Source: Eledone cirrhosa (Eukaryota). Taken from it: a DNA stretch of 64,000 nt. Of this stretch, positions 57,800 through 64,000 are shown in pieces (positions within the stretch are counted from its first letter, which is position 1; every line of letters begins with the position of its first letter). Where the stretch lies: the NCBI GenBank assembly GCA_964016885.1, contig OZ024741.1, positions 288,672,001-288,736,000 of the forward strand, in the 5' to 3' direction. Made by a program: the position numbers and the translations under genes. The notes under the pieces were generated by a model. The model had not been told where the DNA came from, did not search any database, and saw nothing but the letters and a program-made list of their open reading frames with translations.

Positions 57800-60700
57800 A
57801 CCACCCCAACCCCAATCTCAACACCACCACCACCAGCAACATAACCACCTCCACCACCAATAATACCACCAACACCACTGATAACACTAACAACACCAAC
57901 AACAGTACCACCAATACCACCAACACCACCACTCCACTAACATCATCACCACCACCACCACCACCAACAACAACAACACTACCAATACCACCACCACCTC
58001 CACTAACACCACCATTAATACCACCACCACCACCAACACCACCACCACCAACAACACCAATAACAACACCAATAACAACACCAATAACACCACCGACAAC
58101 ACCAAGACCACCACCATTACCACCACCACCGACAATACTAATACAGGACCACCACTACCGCCATCACCACCACCACCAACACCACCACCACCAATAAGAC
58201 CTAAAACGACAATAGCGACATCACCAAATTACCATAAATACTAACAAAACCCCACTGCCATCACTAACAACAACAACAACAATAACAACACCAAATTACC
58301 ATTAAACAACAACAACAACAACACCAAATTACCATTAAACACTCCCCCCTCCCCAGATCACCACCACCACCACTAACAACAACAACAACAAAAACAACAT
58401 CAGCTACAGCAACAGCACCACAACCAACAACACCAACAACATGACCAAATTACCATTAACCCCCGCCCCCCCATACCACCACCACAACCACCATCACTAC
58501 CAGCAACAATAAAAACCACATCCAGCGTAACAGCGCCACCACCAACAACACAAACAACTTGAACAAATTACCATTAACCCCAACCCGCCGAAACCATCAC
58601 CACCCTACCTCCATCACCACCACCACCGACACCACCACCACCACCGACACCACCAGCACCACCAACACCACCAGCGCCACCACCACAACCACCACCATCA
58701 ACAACACCAACAACATGACCAAATTACCATTAACCCTAACCCTACCCAAACCATCACAACCACCACCATCACCATCACCACCAACCACCACCACAACCAC
58801 CACCACCGCCAACAATAAGAGAACCACCACCACCACCACCACCACCACCACCACCACCACCACCACCACCACCACCACCACCGCCAACAATAAGAGCAGC
58901 AGCACCAACACCACCACCACAACCATCACCACCGCCAACAATAAGAGCAGCAGCACCACCACCACCACTGTCAACAATAAGATCACCACCAGCACCACCA
59001 CAACCACTACCAACAATAAGATCAGCACCACCACCGCCAACAATAAGAGCAGCAGCACCAACACCACCACCGCCAACTATAAGATCAGCACCGCCACCAC
59101 CACCACCAACAATAAGATCAGCACCACCACCACCACCGCCAACAATAAGAGCAGCAGCAGCACCACCACCACCACCACCACCACCACCACCGCCAACAAT
59201 AAGAGCAGCAGCAGCACCACCACCACAACAACCACCACCGCCAACAATAAGAGCAGCAGCAGCACCACCACAACAACCACCACCACCGCCAACAATAAGA
59301 GCAGCAGCACCACCACCACCACCACAACAACCAACACCGCCAACAATAAGAGCAGCAGCAGCACCACCACAACAACCACCACCACCGCCAACAATAAGAG
59401 CAGCAGCAGCACCACCACCACAACCACCACCACCGCCAACAATAAGAGCAGCAGCAGCACCACCACCACAACCACCACCACCGTCAACAATAAGAGCAGC
59501 AGCAGCACCACCACAACAACCACCACCACCGCCAACAATAAGAGCAGCAGCAGCACCACCACCACCACAACAACCACCACCGCCAACAATAAGAGCAGCA
59601 GCAGCACCACCACAACAACCACCACCACCGCCAACAATAAGAGCAGCAGCAGCACCACCACCACAACCACCACCACCGCCAACAATAAGAGCAGCACCAC
59701 CACCACCACAACCACCACCACTGTCAACAATAAGAGCAGCACCACCACCACAACCACCACCACTGTCAACAATAAGAGCAGCACCACCACCACCACAACC
59801 ACCACCACCGCCAACAATAAGAGCACGACCACCACCACAACCACCACCACCACCAACAATAAGAGCAGCAGCACCACCACCACAACCACCACTACTGTCA
59901 ACAATAAGAGCACTACCACCACCACCACAACCACCACCACCACCACAACCACCACCACCGCCAACAATAAGAGCAGCACCACCACCACCACCACAACCAC
60001 CACCACCGCCAACAATAAGATCAGCACCACCACCACCACAACCACCACCACCGCCAACAATAAGAGCAGCACCACCACCACCACCACAACCACCACCACC
60101 ACCAACAATAAGAGCAGCACCACCACCACCACCACCACCACCGCCAACAATAAGAGCAACACCACCACTACCACCACAATCACCACCACCGCCAACAATA
60201 AGAGCAACACCACCACTACCACCACAATCACCACCACCGCCAACAATAAGAGCAGCAGCACCACCACCACAACCACCACCACCGCCAACAATAAGATCAG
60301 CACCACCACCACCACAATCACCACCACCGCCAACAATAAGAGCAGCACCACCACCACAACCACAACCACCACCGCCAACAATAAGAGCAGCACCACCACC
60401 ACAACCACCACCACAACCACCACCACCGCCAACAATAAGAGCAGCAGCACCACCACCACCACAACCACCACCACCACCACAACCACCACCACCGCCAACA
60501 ATAAGAGCAGCACCACCACCACCACCACAACCAACACCACCGCCAACAATAAGATCAGCACCACCACCACCGCCAACAATAAGAGCAGCACCACCACCAC
60601 CACCACAACCACCACCACCACCAACAAAAAGAGCAGCACCACCACCACCACCACCACCACCGCCAACAATAAGAGCAACACCACCACTACCACCACAATC

Positions 60701-63700
60701 ACCACCACCGCCAACAATAAGAGCAGCAGCACCACCACCACAACCACCACCACCGCCAACAATAAGATCAGCACCACCACCACCACAATCACCACCACCG
60801 CCAACAATAAGAGCAGCACCACCACCACAACCACCACCACTGCCAACAATAAGAGCAGCACCACCACCACAACCACCACCACCGCCAACAATAAGAGCAG
60901 CAGCACCACCACCACCTCCACCACCACCGCCAACAATAACAGCAGCAGCACCACCACCACAACCACCACCACTGCCAACAATAAGAGCAGCACCACCACC
61001 TCCACCACAACCACCACCGCCAACAATAAGAGCAGCACCACCACCACAACCACCACCACCGCCAACAATAAGAGCACCACCACCACCACAACCACCACCA
61101 CCGCCAACAATAAGAGCAGCAGCACCACCACCACCTCCACCACCACCGCCAACAATAACAGCAGCAGCACCACCACCACAACCACCACCACTGCCAACAA
61201 TAAGAGCAGCACCACCACCTCCACCACAACCACCACCGCCAACAATAAGAGCAGCAGCACCACCACCACAACCACCACCACCGCCAACAATAAGAGCACC
61301 ACCACCACCACAACCACCACCACCGCCAACAATAAGAGCAGCAGCACCACCTCCACCACAACCACCACCGCCAACAATAAGAGCAGCACCACCACCACAA
61401 CCACCACCACCGCCAACAATAAGAGCACCACCACCACCACAACCACCACCACCGCCAACAATAAGAGCAGCAGCACCACCACCACCTCCACCACCACCGC
61501 CAACAATAACAGCAGCAGCACCACCACCACAACCACCACCACCGCCAACAATAAGATCAGCACCACCACCACCACAACCACCACCACCGCCAACAATAAG
61601 ATCAGCACCACCACCACCACAACCACCACCACCGCCAACAATAAGATCAGCGCCACCACCACCACCACAACCACCACCACCGCCAACAATAAGATCAGCA
61701 CCACCACCACCACCACAACCACCACCACCACCAACAATAAGAGCAGCACCACCACCACAACAACACCAACAACAACATTTCCAAATTACTATTAATGCCA
61801 ACTGCTGCTTCACCCCATCCATCCCCCACCCGAAATTTACATGAATCTCTCCACTCCCCAACCTACCAACACCACTACTCTATCATAATTAATACAACCA
61901 CTACACACAACATCACTACTAGCGCCACAACTAATGTCATCACCACCAATAACAACAACAACACAACCGCCACAATTAATGCCAACACAACCATCACCCT
62001 CACCACCACCACCGCCACCACCACCAGTACCACAACCGCCGCCACCAGCACCACCAACAACAACAACAACACAATCGCTACAATTAATGCCAACACCACC
62101 ATCACCCTCACCATCACCATCACCTCTACCAACACAAAAACAACAACAACAACAACAACAACAACACAACCGCCACAATTATTGTCAACACCACCATCAC
62201 CACCACCATCACCACCATCACCACCACCATCACCACCGCCACCACCACCACCACCACTGCCAACCACAAGAACACAATCGCCGCAATTAATGCCGCCACC
62301 ACCTCCACCTCCACAACCTCTACCACCACAACCATCACCACCATTACCAGCACCACCGCCACCACCACCGCCACTACCACCAACACAACCACCAGCACCA
62401 CCACCATCACCACCACAACCACCATCACCACTAACACCACCACCACCACCACCACCAACAAGAACAACAACACAACCACCACCTCCACCACCTCCACCAT
62501 CACAACCTCTACCACCACCACCACCACCACCACCTCCACCACCACAACCTCCACCACCACTGCCACCACCAATATCACAACCGCCACCATAATCACCTAT
62601 AGCATCATCAAAATACCATTAACACCACTTGTATCCTCTTTACCACCCCCCTCACCTACGTCTGGCCGAATCCTAACCACGTGACTACATCACTCCCCAG
62701 CTTATCCCACTACCCCACCAACACCAGCTCACTGTTCGACCTCCATGACTTCTATCACCACTGTCACTCACTAACCGCCGTTTTGAAACAACCGTCACTA
62801 ATGTTACATCCCCCTCTCCATAACGTCAGTATCACACACTGCCCTCTCAACAGAGCAGCTATCACCATCATCACCACCACCACCACCAACAACAACAACA
62901 CCAAATACAACTGTAACAACACCACCATCACCACCACCACCACCATCACCACCACCACCACCATCACCAACAACAATAACAACACCCCCCACCATCACTA
63001 ACAACAACTTCAAAAACAATAACAATAACACCAATACCAACACCATCACCATCAATACCACCAACACTACCACCAACACTACCACCATCAATACCACCAA
63101 AATTACCACCAAAACTACCACCAACACTACCACCAACACTACCACCATCAATACCACCAACACTACCACCAACACTACCACCAAAATTACCACCAAAACT
63201 ACCACCAACACTACCACCAACACTACCACCAACACTACGACCAACACTACGACCAACACTACCACCAACACTACCACCAACACTACCACCAATTCTACCA
63301 CCAACACTACCACCAAAATTACCACCTAACTACCACCAATACTACCACCAGCACTACCACCAACACTACCACCAACACTACCACCAACACTACCACCAAC
63401 ACTGCCACCAACACTACCACCAACACTACCACCATCAATACCACCAACATTATCACCAACACGACCACCAACACGACCACCAACACTACCACCATCAATA
63501 CCACTAACACTACCACCAACACTACCACCAACACTACCACCATCAATACCACCCACACTACCACCAACACTACCACCCACACTACCACTAACACTACCAC
63601 CATCAATATCACCAACACTACCACCAACACTACCACCAACACTACCACCATCAATACCACCAACACTACCACCAACACTACCACCATCAATACCACCAAC

Positions 63701-64000
63701 ACTACCACCAACACTACCACCAACACTACCACCAACACTACCACCCACACTACCACTAACACTACCACCATCAATACCACCAACACTACCACCAACACTA
63801 CCACCAACACTACCACCAAAATTACCACCTAACTACCACCAATACTACCACCAGCACTACCACCAACACTACCACCAACACTACCACCAACACTACCACC
63901 AACACTACCACCAACACTACCACCAACACTACCACCATCAATACCACCAACATTACCACCAACACGACCACCAACACTACCACCATCAATACCACTAACA
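57800..64000. repeat. (ACC/AAC)-derived low-complexity domain, including a 3-kb minisatellite (58800-61760) and a 12-bp ACCAACACTACC array (63040-64000)
   Basis: The 3-kb array has the unit ACCGCCAACAATAAGAGCAGC(ACC)n and length variation in triplets. Confidence 0.95.

Overview
This is AT-rich, repeat-saturated animal genomic DNA. The SINE and LINE families point to a cephalopod, probably Octopus (inference from recognised repeat motifs). No confident host protein-coding gene is visible, and almost all listed ORFs are microsatellite read-throughs. The window is a mosaic of simple repeats with retroelements inserted in them: tRNA-derived SINEs with a Nin/Deu-type core, decayed RTE, Tx1/L1 and Dong/R4 LINEs, a clustered ~610-bp non-autonomous RTE derivative retaining a C2H2 finger relic, and many Penelope-like element (PLE, Naiad-type) remnants. 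The most notable system is a set of (TA)n-embedded PLE-derived mini-elements from several unrelated families. They carry minimal hammerhead ribozyme cores, fold back into palindromes (often centred in hammerhead stem II), and three families share a 12-nt motif in the unpaired tail. Other leads are a SINE/Tx1 shared 3' end, fold-back duplications centred on (TA)n, a templated chimeric insert, and a possible neuropeptide-precursor-like micro-exon. All alignments and translations outside the ORF track were done by eye, so boundaries are approximate.
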